Numbered from the stretch's first letter, positions 13,520 to 27,842 are shown. The stretch is DNA of 64,000 bases from Octopus vulgaris (GCA_951406725.2 OX597814.1:127038001-127102000), one strand, 5' to 3'. Made by a program: numbers and translations. The notes: generated by a model from the letters alone, not told the origin.

Positions 13520-15560
13520 CATTTATTTTGCATATGTTTCACAATCTGGACAGACATATGAACAGAACTGTTTCTGTGAGGTTCTGATGCTTGTTACCTT
13601 GATGACAAATAATGATGGTAACATGGATGGTAACTTCAACAGACATGTTTAACATGATATACATGGAAGTTTTAGCTTTGGCTCAAGGAATAAAGCGGGG
13701 AAAAAAAGTTACTAAAGTTCTGTGGCTCTAATGACTTGATAATCTGCAACACTAACTTTAGGAAATCAGCCAGCCGGGTAGACTTCATCCTCTCTAGGAA
13801 ATGAGATGATGAGATGGTTGTGAGGTTGAAGTCTTTCCGTGTTGAAAAGTATACAATCTAACATCAATTTGTGGTTAGTGAGTTTAGATTTAGAGGTAAG
13901 GACTCAGAAGCAGAAATCAATTTAGAATTGGCAGATATAGAAGCTCAAAGATTTAGCATAAAGTCAGAAATTTAGTAGTAGTTGATAGAGAGTAAGGAGA
14001 CAGAAACTTACAGCATAGAGGACAACTGGAAGTTCTTATGGGACAACCAGCTGAGGGCCACATACCAATTTGTGATTAGTGCAAGGTCCCAGCCAGATCT
14101 TGAAAGTGACGTGGTGGTGGAACAGTGAGGTAGACAGAGCTATAACAACAAAGACTGAAAGAATTGGGACAGTACAGAATAATAGCAGGTAGCTAGAAGG
14201 TTTACATAGCAAAGAGAAAAGAGGAACATCAGAGGTTTGTCAATGTTCTATGACATGAAGATCAGAGGCATTATGTATTTCACATTGCAAGGCAGTGTAC
14301 CAGAGAAAACCATGAGGATGAGAAGTGCGTATGAATGGATAATAGTACACTTACTCTTATTGTTTCTGACAATAAAGGGGCATAAAAGTACAACTAAGAA
14401 AGATTATTAAATGTAGAGAATGCATGGAAGAAAGAAGGCCTTCACTGCATAGATCCAACAAAGGAATAGGCCAGTCTAGACAACAGTATGATAAAGCAAA
14501 TAAAGATATGAAAGCAGAAAAAGCTGCTAATCTATCAGCGCTGAGATGCTTAAAATATCTGGAGGAGTCGAAAATAGTCATCTGCACAGTCAGGTTGTAC
14601 AAGGTGTCATACCTAATGAATAATGCAGGAGAATCATAGTCAACTGTTACAATGGCAAAGAGGTTGCTTTAAAGGAGTAATTACAGGGATATTGAATTGT
14701 TGGATTAGGTCACGAAAATTAACGAAAAGTTAGAACTGAACTGATTTAAGAGAGCGTTAGCATAGATGAGATGCAGTTTGGGTTAGTTCTAGTACTATTG
14801 ATGCCTTTTTTTTTCTAGTGAGTCAACTGAAGGAAAAGTACTTTATTTGATGGCATATAAGTCACACTTAGTCCTACATGTGAAGTTGCACATGATGTGC
14901 ACTAAAACCTTTCTTTCCCAAATATGTGCTGCTGGGAGTGTGTTTTGTATGCCACCAAATACAATATTTAGCTAAGAGTAAGACTAGAAGTAGTATTTGT
15001 GAATAGAATCACTCATTCAGTGATCTGGTGGGCATTGAGGAAGCTGGGAGAAGATGAATGACTTGTAAGGACCATGCAAATCACAGATACATAAGAAATG
15101 CAGTGCAATCAAGGACAGGCTAACAGAGAAAGCAGGTTTTGTATGTGGTAGATGTGCAAGAACAAGAAACACTATGAGTGCATGGGAAATATATGCTCTC
15201 AATTGCCCAAGAAAGTCCCTAATGGTAGTAGAATTTTTGTTACATAGGTGACATAATTAGTGGCAGTAGAGGATGTTCTGAAAATATGGCAGCTAGAGTA
15301 AGAACAGGCTGGAGAAAGTCCAAGGAGCTACAACCTTTGTTGGTAACAAAAGCTTTCTCTCAGTGTGAAAAGCAAACTGTATGATGTCTCTATACTGACT
15401 GAAATGCTACATAGTAATGAGACAGGGACCCTGGATGCAGAGGACTCGCAAAGACTAGATGGAGATGAAGCAAGCATGCTCCATTAGATGTGCAAGACTG
15501 TTGGTTGGATAGCTGCTTAAAGAAGTGCTAATTACTTTTAGAAGATGGAATCTGTGAAAG
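13520..15560 (+). mobile_element. Decayed RTE LINE (APE endonuclease to RT)
   Basis: NDLIICNTNFRK (~13730), WWWNSEV (~14112), DEMQFG (~14766) and HKKC..FVCGRC (~15090-15155). Confidence 0.75.
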
Positions 15561-15799
15561 GAGATTCAAGTCTATAACTGCTTAGACTCTTGCAACCATT
15601 AACCCTACTCATCATCTCCCTATCATTCAATCCCTCCATCACTCTCCTGTCTACTGTAAGTAATGAAATTAGAATATACAAACCATTTCATATTGCCATT
15701 TCTGCACCACCACTAACCACTCATTCTCCTCTGAGTTACTCTCAAATAACAGTCATCCAACATTCTTATTGACTCCACTCAGATTTACCATTAATCACC

Positions 15800-15945
15800 C
15801 TCATCATCATCATCGTTTAGCGTCCGCTTTCCATGCTAGCATGGGTTGGACGGTTCAACTGGGGTCTGGGAAGCCAGAAGGCTGTACCAGGCCCAGTCTG
15901 ATCTGGCAATGTTTCTACGGCTGGATGACCTTCCTAACGCCAATC
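15800..15945 (-). mobile_element. RTE 3' tail fragment
   Basis: (cat)n followed by 'cgtttagcgtccgctttccatgctagcatgggttggacgg'. Confidence 0.85.
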
Positions 15946-17619
15946 ACAATTCACTAAATTCACTTCCCATATATATCCCATATATATCTGACCACCTCCA
16001 CCACATAGTATCCATCTGTCACTCACTCCTCACACTCCTGTAACTTTACCCACTCTTACTGATTTTCCTGTCTTCTGTTTACCTTCTTGGACAGGTTATC
16101 TTGAGGTTATGTCCTGGTACCTCTCTCCATTACATTTACTTCTATTTACCCCAACCAACCATATAACAAACCTATTTCTACTCCTCCCATGATACATTAA
16201 CTTCTCAAACACATTGCATAAAATGACCATTCTATCTCTTTTACTCTCTTTCAGGCAAGGGGGCTCTTTAGTTTTGCAAGTTACAAGGCAACCCACTAGT
16301 GTTATCTTGCTAGTGCTGTTGCTACAATAAAATCCACCCAGTATACTCAGTAAAGTGTTAGGTAAATATCCTTGCTAAAGGACATGACAACCTCCCAAGC
16401 ACTGGAATCATAAAAACGTATCCAGTACACTCTGCAAAAAAGCATCCAGCCATAGAAACTAAGCCAAAAATGAAATGTATGCAGGGGACATGGACATCAG
16501 GCCTATCTACAAAGGTAGTAACTTTGAATAAGGGCTTACTAAAACCATGATGACCCATCCTACCCATGCCAGCAAGAAGAGCAGGTGTAAAAGATGACAT
16601 ATTGACATAAAGGAATTATTTCCCTATCATCATCATTGTTGTTGTCATCATCTAATGTCCTTTTTTTTCCATGCTGGCATTGAGTGGATAAAGAGTGACA
16701 GATGGATATCATGGGGTAGAAGTGATCATGTGTATATGAGAAGTGAATGTAGTGAATTGTGATTAATGGGGATGATTAATAGTAAATTTGAGTGGGAAGG
16801 TCAATAAGAATGATGGGAGTGTTATTTGAGAGTAGCTCAGAGAAGAGTAAGAGGTGATTGGTGACACAAAAATTGCAATACACACACACAGAATAAATAT
16901 AGATCCTTCATCCACTTCAGCTTGAATGTATTTATATGGGTGGAATAATATCAAGTAAAACATGACCATATCAAGAATGGCTATTTTCTATCAATCCAAT
17001 TGAAGCTTTGAATAAAGGGTGCATGTATGTGTGTGTGCGTGTATGGACGAAGTGGAGATATATATATATATATACAAAGAGCTAAAAGTTAGGTTTACAA
17101 GAGAGGAAATAGTTGAAATGTCTGAGGACATGAAATAGATGATTACAAATATGAGAACTGGGGTGGTAATTGTTTGGCTACACTTTTTAAGATAGTCTAT
17201 GCTTTTCTTTTTCTTTGCATCTATATAAGTTCAGAATAAGTTTGAGAAAACCAGGAGAAATTGGAGACATTGAAGAATGTGGAACAGAAAAAGCTTTGTT
17301 GATGACCAGGTGATCACAATTCAGGTGTGGCTGGAAGGAGATAACAAGTGTTTTCAATCAACTAAGGACAGAAAGTGTTTAATTTTCATATTTAAATCGA
17401 TAGTTCTGAGGATTTAAAGATGATATGTAGAATACAGCAATGGCAAAGTTGTCAAGAGGAGGAATTAATAGTCAAGAAGGGAAAATCTATGAAGTTTACA
17501 ACAATAAATGGTAGAACCAATATTTGTGATACTTAAAATGAGAGATCACTGAAATGAAAGGAAATAGTAAATAATATGTAGTGTTTCAGAAGAAGAATTA
17601 AAGTGTTTTTTAATTTGCT

Positions 17620-17745
17620 CCAGTCCACTCAGCTGGCAAAAATGAGTAATGCTGCAATGGACTGGCGTCCTGTCCAGCTGAGAAACACATACGCCATAGA
17701 AACCGGGCCCATGAGCCTGGCTAGGCTTTAAAAGGGCGCAATTAT
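17620..17745 (+). mobile_element. SINE fragment with V-domain-like core
   Basis: 'gtccactcagctg..aaatgagt...gcaatggactggcgtcctgtccag' resembles V-SINE central domains (recalled similarity, not searched). Confidence 0.45.
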
Positions 17746-17779
17746 TTATTTTATTTATGCCTGAGTTTATTTAGAACAC

Positions 17780-18850
17780 CACAGAGTGGACAAGTATAAA
17801 CAACCTCATCTCATAGTTGCTCAGAAACTCAGTGTATATAAGTAGTTTGTGAGAAGCATGCAAAGCATGTACAGAAATGTTGACAGCAAAGTGACGGTTA
17901 GAAATGAGTTTAGTAAACATAATGTACAAGCAAATGTCCATAAAAGCTTTATTCTTAGTCAACTCCTGTTTATTATACTTTTGCTGGCTAAAACAGAAGA
18001 ACTCAGCACTGCCTATGGGAATTCTTGTATGATGATGACCTAATTCTCAAAGTAAAATCAATCAATGGATAGAGGCAAAGTTCCAAACATGAAAGTAGAG
18101 TCTAGGAATGATGAGGTGTAAAAATAAATCCAGTAAAGACAAAAGGTTTAGTGAGAGAGAGAGAGAGAGGGAGAGAGAGAGAGAGAGGGAGAGAGAGAGG
18201 GAGGGAGAGAGAGAGAGGGAGAGAGAGAGAGCGGGAGGGAGAGAGAAAGAGAATTCTATTACCAACTGGAAAGTGGTCATGCCTTATACGCATAAAAGAT
18301 ATAGGCAGGTATTCTATATGTGCTTATTGTTGTGCACAAGCGTAGTTAGCAATAAGAGCACTAGAGAAGTACTTGACAGCTTCTAGAAGACCATATCAGT
18401 AATGGCAGTGGATGTAGGGAAAAAAAAAACAGTGTACATTTTGTAACAAATGAATTGTCTTTCTAGGTGGAAGTCAGTGTATATTTGTAAATGAAGTGTG
18501 ATATTGTACGGAAATGAAACACAGGCAGAAAATATGTGAAAGCTGGAAAAATACAAGCTGAGCATGTTCCAAAAGATGCACAAGTGAACTGTGAGAGAAA
18601 CGGGGTATAAGTATTATCTCTTATGAGCAAGAGAGAAGACTAAGTAGTACAGGCATGCAAAAGATATGAAGGATAAGCAAAGAAGTGCTCAACAACCTTA
18701 ACAGAAGAAACCTGTGGAAGATGAAGATATGGGAAGAATTGATGAAAGCTAAGCTTCACAATGAACAAAGAAGTGCAAATAATTAGTGAGACACTGTACT
18801 GGAGAAGACTTGCTCAACCCATGCAAGCATGGAAAAACAGAAGTAAACTG
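17780..18850 (+). mobile_element. Decayed RTE fragment interrupted by a (GA)n tract
   Basis: MQSMYRNVDSKVTVRNEFS (ORF 17849..18043); 3' tail 'aacccatgcaagcatggaaaa' at ~18817. Confidence 0.6.
18152..18247. repeat. (GA)n/(GAGG) purine microsatellite
   Basis: Directly visible. Confidence 0.95.
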
Positions 18851-18874
18851 ATGATGAACAGAATGAGATGTAAT

Positions 18875-19440
18875 CATCATCATCGTTTAATGTCCATTTT
18901 CCATGATGGCATGGGTTGAATGGTTTAACTGAGGTCTGGAGAGCTAGCAGCTGCACCAGGCTCCAATCTGATCTGGCAATGTTTCTACAACTGGATGCCC
19001 TTCCTAACGCTAACTACCCGAGAGTGTAGTGAGTGCTTTTTACGTGTCACTGGCACAGGAGCCAGCCAGGTGGGCTTGGCCTCGATTATGTTTGGATAGT
19101 ACTTTTTACATATTACTGGCATGGTAGCCAGTCAAGGGGTACTGGCATTGGCCATGTTCGGATGGTGTCTTTTATGTGCCAGTCAGGCAGTCCTGGCATT
19201 GATCATGTTCAGATAGTGCTTTTTACGTGCCACCAGCATGGAGGCCAGTCAGACGGTGCTGGCATTGATCACGCTCGGATAGTGCTTTTTACATGCTACT
19301 GGCACGAGAGTCAGTCAGAGGGCAATGGCCACAGCTACAATTTGGTTTTACTTGACTCAACAGGTCTTCTCAAGCAAATCATATTGCCCAGTGCATTGGG
19401 GGAGGGATATCTTAAATGGCCATGGCTGCAATCTCACTTT
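18875..19440 (-). mobile_element. RTE 3' UTR with tandem ~60-70-bp modules
   Basis: (cat)n tail plus repeated 'gtgctttttacgtgcca' modules. Confidence 0.85.
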
Positions 19441-20351
19441 AGTTACCATGTCTTCTCAATCACATCTTATCCCCAAAGGTCTGGTAATGTTTTTATTAAT
19501 TAGGAAGTGCAAGTTGAAGTGGTCAGACAGTTAAGACAGAAGGATATAGTAGGAATGGGGGATGGTGGGAGAGAAAGGATATAAGAAATCCTGAACAAAG
19601 TGCTGTACTTTTATCAAATTTACTTAGTTATAAAGGTAGAGAAAAAAAAAGAGTTAATGGTGGTATGCCAATTTGGAAAATAGCCAGGTGGTTTAGTAGT
19701 TCACAGCAGTGAGCTTGACTTCTATACAAGAGCAACTAATGCAAACAGTGGAATTGATGGAATAGTTTTTTAAAACTGTTTTTACAATCAATTTCCTCTA
19801 TGACAAATAATTTAATTTTTTCTACAAACATATTTACATGGATTAAGAACTGTTTTACAATGATAAGCACTCACCCTCGATTTAATTACAGCATTAAATA
19901 TATTTCCCACTGACAAAGCTAATTAGTGTCCTAGTTGTGTCTCACTATATTACCGAAGTCAGCAAGAGCACAATCCATCCTTCTCAAACTAAAACAAATA
20001 CTAATGATATATCTGAGATCATAAAACCAAATCTGTAGCAGCTGTGAACATGTGTAACCTAGGAACTGTTACACATTGTATTGAATTTTGTTTACTATCA
20101 TAACTACAGTTTTAAACTGGTAAACTTAAAAAGAAATGATGAATGAATAAATCAAGAGGCAGGGATCACTAAGATTTAGCAGGAAAAGAGCTGAAATAAT
20201 GACTGGAAATAATGTATTTTGAAATATTTACTCCAAACATCTTAAGTTATTTACAACACCCCATATAGTATCTGGATATAATGACCACACATATGTTCTA
20301 TTACTTTTAATGTTTACATGTTTAACCAGTGTTAAAGATGTAAACATTATA

Positions 20352-20450
20352 AGTATGACTGTGTGGGAAAGAGGTTTGTGTTACAACTACATGGTTTCAG
20401 GTTCAGTCCCACAGTATGGTACCTTGCACAAGTGTCTTCTACTATTATGA
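20352..20450 (+). mobile_element. tRNA-derived SINE head (decayed)
   Basis: A-box-like 'tgactgtgtgg', B-box 'ggttcagtccc', then 'accttgcacaagtgtcttctactat'. Confidence 0.6.
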
Positions 20451-20959
20451 TTTTGAAAGCCCTATCTGAGTGCTACACATGATTAAGGAGGAGTGTAGTG
20501 TGATGACATTTTGATATGAATAACATTTGCACTTTCTTGCTGTTGAAAAAGACTGGGATATTCCCATTGGAGGATGCTTTTTGTCTTAATTTATGAAGGC
20601 AGTTTAAGTTGAGCATGTGGTGCCTAGGTTGTAAGTAGATATTACATGGTTGGAGAATGTTAGGAAGGAATGAGAGTTGCCAGTGCATGAATTTGGACAT
20701 GTAAGACATACACAGACACATCTTACTTGTTGCACTATTAAGCCTTGCCTCTCCTTCATATATATATATTTATTTGATTATGGCTCATGAGTAAATGGGG
20801 GAATAAATAGCAAATCAACCATTTGGAGGAAATTATAACAATGTATAAACATGGAAAATCATTCACATCTTTATTTCAGATGTAGGAAATGGACACAAGC
20901 CTATCTGAGTGCAACTGGAAAACCCTCCTCTACTTTTCTTTTCAGGTTCAAAATTTTAG

Positions 20960-22800
20960 ACATACTGTTTATTGTTGGCACAATAAACAGATCAAGTGAG
21001 CTTGCAGAAATGCTACAGTGTAGATGAGTGGATGTTGTGTGCAAGAGTTAAGATGGACAGGTAGGTACCTTGGCCAAACTCCTCACTGGTGTATAACTTC
21101 TGTATAAGACAGATAAGAGTGATAGCATGATTGGAGTTGGTATTCTGTTAGCACAAACAGAGATAGATAAGCTAACTGAGGTAGTCAGGATGTGCGAAAG
21201 AATTATTAAACAAGCCAGAAGTAAAACAACTGTAACAGTTAGCTTAGGTTTATCAGATGACCAGGAGGATGTGTTTTATAAGCGTCCCTGCCACTCAGAA
21301 ATTGACAACAATGACTTCATTATCACAACTAGTGATTTTAATGACATGTTGGACAATATGATGTCTTCTCTGGTGTACAATGTGGCTACTGTTCAGTACA
21401 AGAAATGAGGAGGGATCAAGATTCATAGAGTTCTGTGATACAAATGATCTCTTGATATGCAACACAAACTTCAGGTAACTATCCAGCTAACTGAATTTAC
21501 TAATCAAGTGGGTAAAAATCCAGATAGCTTTTACTCTCACTAGAAAGCAAGACAAATGCTTAATGATAAATGCCAAATCTTTCCCAGCTGATGAATGTAC
21601 CTCCCAATGTAGACTGGTGGTTAGTAACTTCAAAATAAGGGTTGCTCAATTTCAGAAACAAAATACAATTTAGAAGAGGCAAAAGAAGTATGTAACAGAG
21701 CAAATCTGGCAGTTTTAACGGGCAATATGCTGGAAGTTACAGATCAGAACTGTGGTTAGTGCATGGTTCCAGTCAGATGCAAGTTACAGGCTTGTAGAAC
21801 AGTGACAATAACAAAGAGACAGGTTTGGAAAAACTTCAAGAGAGTGGGGATCAGAGGAAAAACTGCTCAATTACTTAAAAAGAAGTGAAATATTAGGTAT
21901 ACACAGCAAGGGAAGAGGTAGAAAAGAAGTTTGCACATGCTTTGCAATGTGAGGTATTCTACATAAGTAAATAGTATACTTAAGGAAATTGAGATGCTGA
22001 GGAGAAGTGTATATGGAATGATATGTGTACACTTGATCCCTCTCCCTCCACACACAGATAAGAAAGAGGCATGAAGTGCAATGATGGGAGGCTGCTGAAT
22101 ATAAAGAATGCATTGGAGAGAGTGCCACACTATATAGATAGAACAAAGGGCTCAGCCATCCAAGTTAATAGCAATATGGTAGACACAGAAATAAAGAATA
22201 TGAAGGTAGGGAAAGCAGGGATAGTTGCTGACATTCTTAAGACATCTGGCCAAGTAGGGTAGAGGATAATTACTCAAATAATAAATCAAGTAATACAGGA
22301 AGGCACTGCTTCTCCTTATCAATCCCTCATCCTTTATCCTCACCACTTTAATTTTTAACTAATTCCCTGAAACTATATTCCCTTCCTCTCTCATTCATTG
22401 TTAAATGTTACAAGGACAAAGGAGATGCCCCAGAGTAGTAGTTCCCTACCTGTGGTCAGCAGACCCCTGGTAGTCTGCAAAGGTAGTACTGGGGCTCCGT
22501 GAACTAAATTCAAAATTTCATATATGTATATACATAAGGATAAGCATATTAAAAGGGGTCCTTGGTAGTGAAAAAGTTGGGAACCACTGCCCTAGAGAAA
22601 GGTAACTAAAGGGGAATCAAACTGTTGAACCAGGAAAGTTACAGAAAGGGTTGCAGAACTAAATGAAGAGGGAGACCAAAGAATTGCAATGAGGTGGTAA
22701 AAAATGATTTTAAAGTGTTACATTTGATGAAAGAGATGACTTAAGACTCTGATGACAGATAATCTATGATGTTGCAGAAGACTGACCCCTATGTGCATAC
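20960..22800 (+). mobile_element. Decayed RTE LINE 5' half (APE)
   Basis: GVGILL..EVVRMCERI (ORF 21127..21408); NDLLICNTNFR at ~21442. Confidence 0.65.
22436..22589. mobile_element. hAT-type MITE with 8-bp TSD
   Basis: TIRs tagtagttccctac / gttgggaaccactg; flanks ccccagag (22428-22435) and ccctagag (22590-22597); interrupts the RTE motif KGDALERGN. Confidence 0.75.
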
Positions 22801-23198
22801 ACCCCTCTGTTACTTATTGCATTTTTTGTAGATGTTTTCCTACTAAACTATTGCCCATATTTTATCATCATATCCCACTAATATCTAACTGCTCTGCCAG
22901 TTCTATACACTCTCCTCTCTACCCACTGTGTTATGACACCTATAACTGAGAAAAAAGTACTTGATTTGTGTGTACTGTATCATGAGAGTTGAGTGGAAAG
23001 GAATCGCACCAGGGCAACATTTTCCTGCCCTCTCTGACTCCGCTATCACCATGAACTGTTGGGCATGTGTTACTTCAAGAATATATCCTGGCCTTTTATC
23101 ATACAGGGTGATACTGCTTCTCCTTCTCTACAATCTCATTCTTAATCCTCACCACTTTAATTTCTTACTAATTCTCTGACACTACCATTCCCATCCGC

Positions 23199-23229
<31 letters not shown>

Positions 23230-23232
23230 TAT

Positions 23233-26200
23233 ATCATCATCATCATCGTTTAACATCCGTTTTCCATGCTAGCATGGGTTGGACAATTTGACTGAGGACT
23301 GGCGAACCAGATGGCTTCACCAGGCTCCAATTTTGATCTGGCAGAGTTTCTACAGCTGGATGCCCTTCCTAATGCCAACCACTCTGAGAGTGTAGTGAGT
23401 GCTTTTACGTGCCAGTCAGGTGGTACTGGCAACGACCTCACTCGAATGGTGCCTTTTACGTGCTACCGACATGGCAGCCAGCTAGCCGCTCTGGTAACGA
23501 TCATGCTCGGATGGTGCTCTTAGTACCCCACTAGCATGGAGCACAAGTGCCAGTAAGGAGATGCTGGTAATGATCACGCTTGAATGGTGCCGTTTACGTG
23601 CCACTGGCACAGAAGCCAGTTAGCTGCTCTGTCAATGATCGTGCTCGGATGGTGCTCTAAGTGCCCAACTAGCATGGATGTCAGTCATTGAATTTGATTT
23701 CGATTTCACTTGCCTCAATAGGTCTTCGCAAGCAGAGTTTAGTGTCCAATGAAGGAACGGTACGCATAAGTGGGCTGGTTATGCCCCTGGCATAGGCCAC
23801 GAGGTTATGGTCTCATTTGGCTTGCTGGGTCTTCTCAAGTACAGCAGATTTCCAAAAGTCTCAGTCACTAGTCATTGCCTCAGTGAGGCTTAAAGTTCGA
23901 AGGTCGTGCTTCCCCACTTCATCCTAGGCCTTCCTGGGTCTACCTTTTCCACAGGTTCCCTCAACTGCTAAGGTGTAGCACTTTTTCACACAGCTATCAT
24001 CATCCATTCTCATCACATGACCATACCAGTGCAGTCGTCTCTCTTGCACACCACACCTGATGCTTCTTAGGTCCAACTTTTCTCTCAAGGTACTTACACT
24101 CTGTTGAGTAAGTACACTGACACTACACATCCATCGGATCATACCGGCTTCATTTCTTGTGTGCTTACGCATGTCCTCAGCAGTCACGGTCCATGTTTCA
24201 ATGCCATGTAGCATGGCTATTCGTACACAAGCATCATACATTCTACCTTTTATACTGAGCGAGAGGCCCTTTGTCACCAGCAGAGGTAAGAGCTCTCTGA
24301 ACTTTGCCCAGGCTATTCTTATTCTAGCAGCTACACTCTCAGCGCACCCTCCCTTGCTACTGACTAGGTCACCTAGGTAACAGAAGTTGTCAACTACTTC
24401 TAGTTTTTCTCTCTGGATTGTGGTGGAAGTTGTTCTCTGCACATTTTCAGTGTTTATTGCTCCTGAGCATCTGCCACATACAAAAACTACCTTCCCAGTT
24501 AGCCTTCCTTTGATATTCCTCTTATGTGTCCATAGCTTACACTGGGTACCTTTTATAGAGTTTCTACCTGCCCCTCTACTACAGATGGAGCAGGGCCATC
24601 TACCTGAAGGGATTTGTGGTTTGTCTGCCTTCTTACTTACGAGGACTTTGGTTTTAGATAGGTTGACCCTAAGGCCCTTTGATTCTCATCCTTGTTTCCA
24701 CACCCGAAACTTCTCCTCTAGTTCTAATAGTAACTCAGTAATTACAGGCAGGTCATCAGCATAGAGGAGCTCCCAGGGGCATCCTGTCTTGAATTCCTCT
24801 GTTATTGCCTGGAGGACTATGATAAATAGGAGGGGGCTGAGGACTGAACCTTGGTGGACCCCAACCTCTACCCGGAATTCTTCACTGTACTCGTTGCCAA
24901 CCCTCACCTTACTAGCGGCGTCCCTGTACATGGCTTGCACAGCTCTCACTAACCATTCATCTATCCCTAGTTTCCTCATTGACCACCAGATAAGGGATCG
25001 GGGGGACCCTGTCAAAGGCTTTCTCCATGTCAACAAAAACCAGGTACAGAGGTTTATCTTTCGCTAGGTATTTCTCCTGCAGCTGTCTTACCAGAAATAT
25101 AGCATCAGTGGTGCTTTTCCCTGGCACGAACCCAAACTGCTTCTCATCTAAACTGACTGTCTCCCTAATTAGTTGGGCTATGACCCTCTCCGTGACCTTT
25201 ATTACCTGATCCAACAACTTGATACCTCTGTAATCATTTGTATTTAAAGCGTCACCTTTACCTTTGTAGCAGTTGACACTAGTCATTGGGTATGACTCCT
25301 TCGAGTATCACCTGGTTAACTATATGGGTGACTAGGCTATAGCTGACACTGCTAGATATTTTGTGCATCTCTGCAGTGATTCCTGATGGTCCAGGGGCTT
25401 TCCCTGTCTTCATACTCTTAATTGCTTTATTTAACAAGGTACTGTCAACTCGGATAGCTGGTCCCTCTGCTGGGTTGACATTCAGCAGACTCTCTTTCTC
25501 CCATTTATTTTCTTTATTCAGCAACCTTTCATAGTGGCGTCTCCAAACCTCTCTCTTTGCAGCCTTGTTTAATGCAAGAGAACCATCATCCTTGCGGACA
25601 CATTTCTCTCCTACAACATCACGATTCTCTCTCACACACTGTCTTGCAACACGAAATACCTCAAGTCTTTGGCCCTCACAGCGCAGAACATTGGCAAATT
25701 TTTTCTTATCTGCTTCCCTTCTGGCTAAATAAACCTGCTTCCTAGCTTCTCTTCTGGCAGTCTGATACAATTTCCAGTCACCACCGTTCTTCCAGTCCTT
25801 CCAAGCCTGCTTCTTTTCTCTAATAGCCTTGTCAACAATACTGTTCCCCAGTCGAGAGGGGACTTTGCACGATCCACAGATCTGGTCAGTGCCCCTCAGC
25901 AGGTTGTCCCGTAGAAACCTCCAGTTGTCTTCTACATCGTGTGAAGCTATTTCCCCTTCTATTCCGTCAAAGGCTTCAAGTAATATGTCTCTAAATCTCT
26001 GTCCATTTGCAGGATCTTTCAGCTTCTAGACCCTTCTCCTCCATGCTGGTCGTCTTCTGGGCATCATTTAGCACTGATCCTGAAGTCACTAACTACCAGT
26101 CTATGTTGTGGGGAACATTCTTCGCCTGCGAAGGTTTTGCATTTATAACCAGCAATCTTTCTGCCAGAACAGTAGGTGACTGGCAGGTTTTCTGAAGTTA

Positions 26201-27470
26201 GTATTGCAAACCATAAGATCATTTGCATTGCCAAACTCTAGCAGCCTGATTCCCTCTTCATTGTGGAAGCCAAAACCGTAGCCTCCATGTACGTCATGGA
26301 AGCCTCTGGCATGTTGTCCAACATGTCCATTGAAGTCACCAGCCACAAAGAGAAGGTCCCTGTCATTTGTCAACATGGTAGTCTGCAAGAGAGTGTCATA
26401 AAATCAGTCTTTCTGTCCATTGGGTAGCCCTGGCTGAGGGGCATAGGCCGAGATAATGGTTGCTAACCCATTATGGAGCACTAATCTAATCTTAAGTATT
26501 ATGTCGCATTCTCTGACTACCTCAATTACCTTATCTACCCATTTCTCCACAAGAAGTAAACCCACACTCCCAACCTTGTCAGTGTTCCCTGCCCAGAAAA
26601 TCTTGTACCTGTGTTCTTTGCCTGTGAGGAACCTAGCAGAAGCCCCTCTTCACCTTACTTCTTGGATGCAGCACATATTGACACATCTCCATTCAAGCAT
26701 CTCAACAATCTCACCAGACCTACCTTTCTGAGTGCTGACATTTAGAGTGCCAACCCTGAGGGTGTGGGAGGTATGGGCCCTTGAGACTCTGGGACAAGGG
26801 ACAGTAGCATCATGTACTTGAAAAGAGAGCTTGCATTTGGCAGAATTCATAAACAAACAATAGCCTTAAGTTCAACTTGCGTACACTACACTATCATATT
26901 TTGCACTATATGATCACTACCCTATATAGTAGGGGTGGGGATGGCATAAAACCTTTAGAAGTGTTCATGGGAAACAACCAAAGGATGCCAAAAATTAGGG
27001 ACTTCCAGTAGAGGTAGAGGAGGTGGGAAAGCGGGCGCACCGTGGACTAGAAAATATGGACTAGAGCATCTCCTGGATACGTATACTTTCGGTGGAGGTA
27101 TTAACAATCGAGTAGGGAAATCCAAGTCTGTGCGCTAGTTTACATAGGGTGGTGTTGGTGGTGGTGGAGGAAGTAGGAAGTCTTGGCAAGACGAGTGGTG
27201 AAAGTGAGAGATATAGTGAGACAGAGAGGGAGGGGGTCAGGACATGAGGGAGAAAATATATAATTTTGGGATCTGTGTAGCATAGTTAATTTAACGAGAC
27301 AGCAAATGTTGACAATAGTAAATAGAATTGAAGAATCTGAGAGCCAGTCTAAGACAAAATTAGAGACGAATGACTGTGATAAACTTTCATAGATGAGCGA
27401 ATGAATATGTTGCAGTTAAGGAAATGCGTGAGCTAAGGTTATCTTAGACAACAACAAGTAAGACGAAACT
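23233..27470 (-). mobile_element. Near-full-length RTE-clade LINE (APE-RT with PHD-like insert; modular 3' UTR; (GAT)n tail), frameshifted
   Basis: Consecutive minus ORFs: LRVGTLNV..CCIQEVR (26650..26856), AGDFNGHVG (26143..26388), KAPGPSG (25279..25770), QFGF..DMEKAFD (24957..25286), GVHQGSVLSP..YADD (24686..25036), YLG..WYGHV..GRPRK (23924..24442); 3' UTR ~23233-23860. The 5' boundary is uncertain. Confidence 0.92.
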
Positions 27471-27635
27471 ATACAACTATATTTACATGATCACATGGTG
27501 CTGAAATAGACAGAATAATGAAAGAACTAATAAGTGGTTTATGATCCGCACAGAAATAGAAGAGTAGATGATGGGGTTGAAAAGTTAAAATATCTGAACA
27601 TCTGGGATTTGTATTTTTCAGCCAAGGTATAATAT

Positions 27636-27842
27636 ATCTACACACACATATATATATATATACACACATATATGCATACATATATATACACACATACAGA
27701 TATATACATACATAATAATAATATTACGGAGTATGGCTCCAAACTTACAGGGAAAAATTAGATTTAGGATTAAATCAAATTTCACAGTATAAATATATAA
27801 AATATGAATTAGAGATAAATTTATCTCTAATTCATATTTTAT

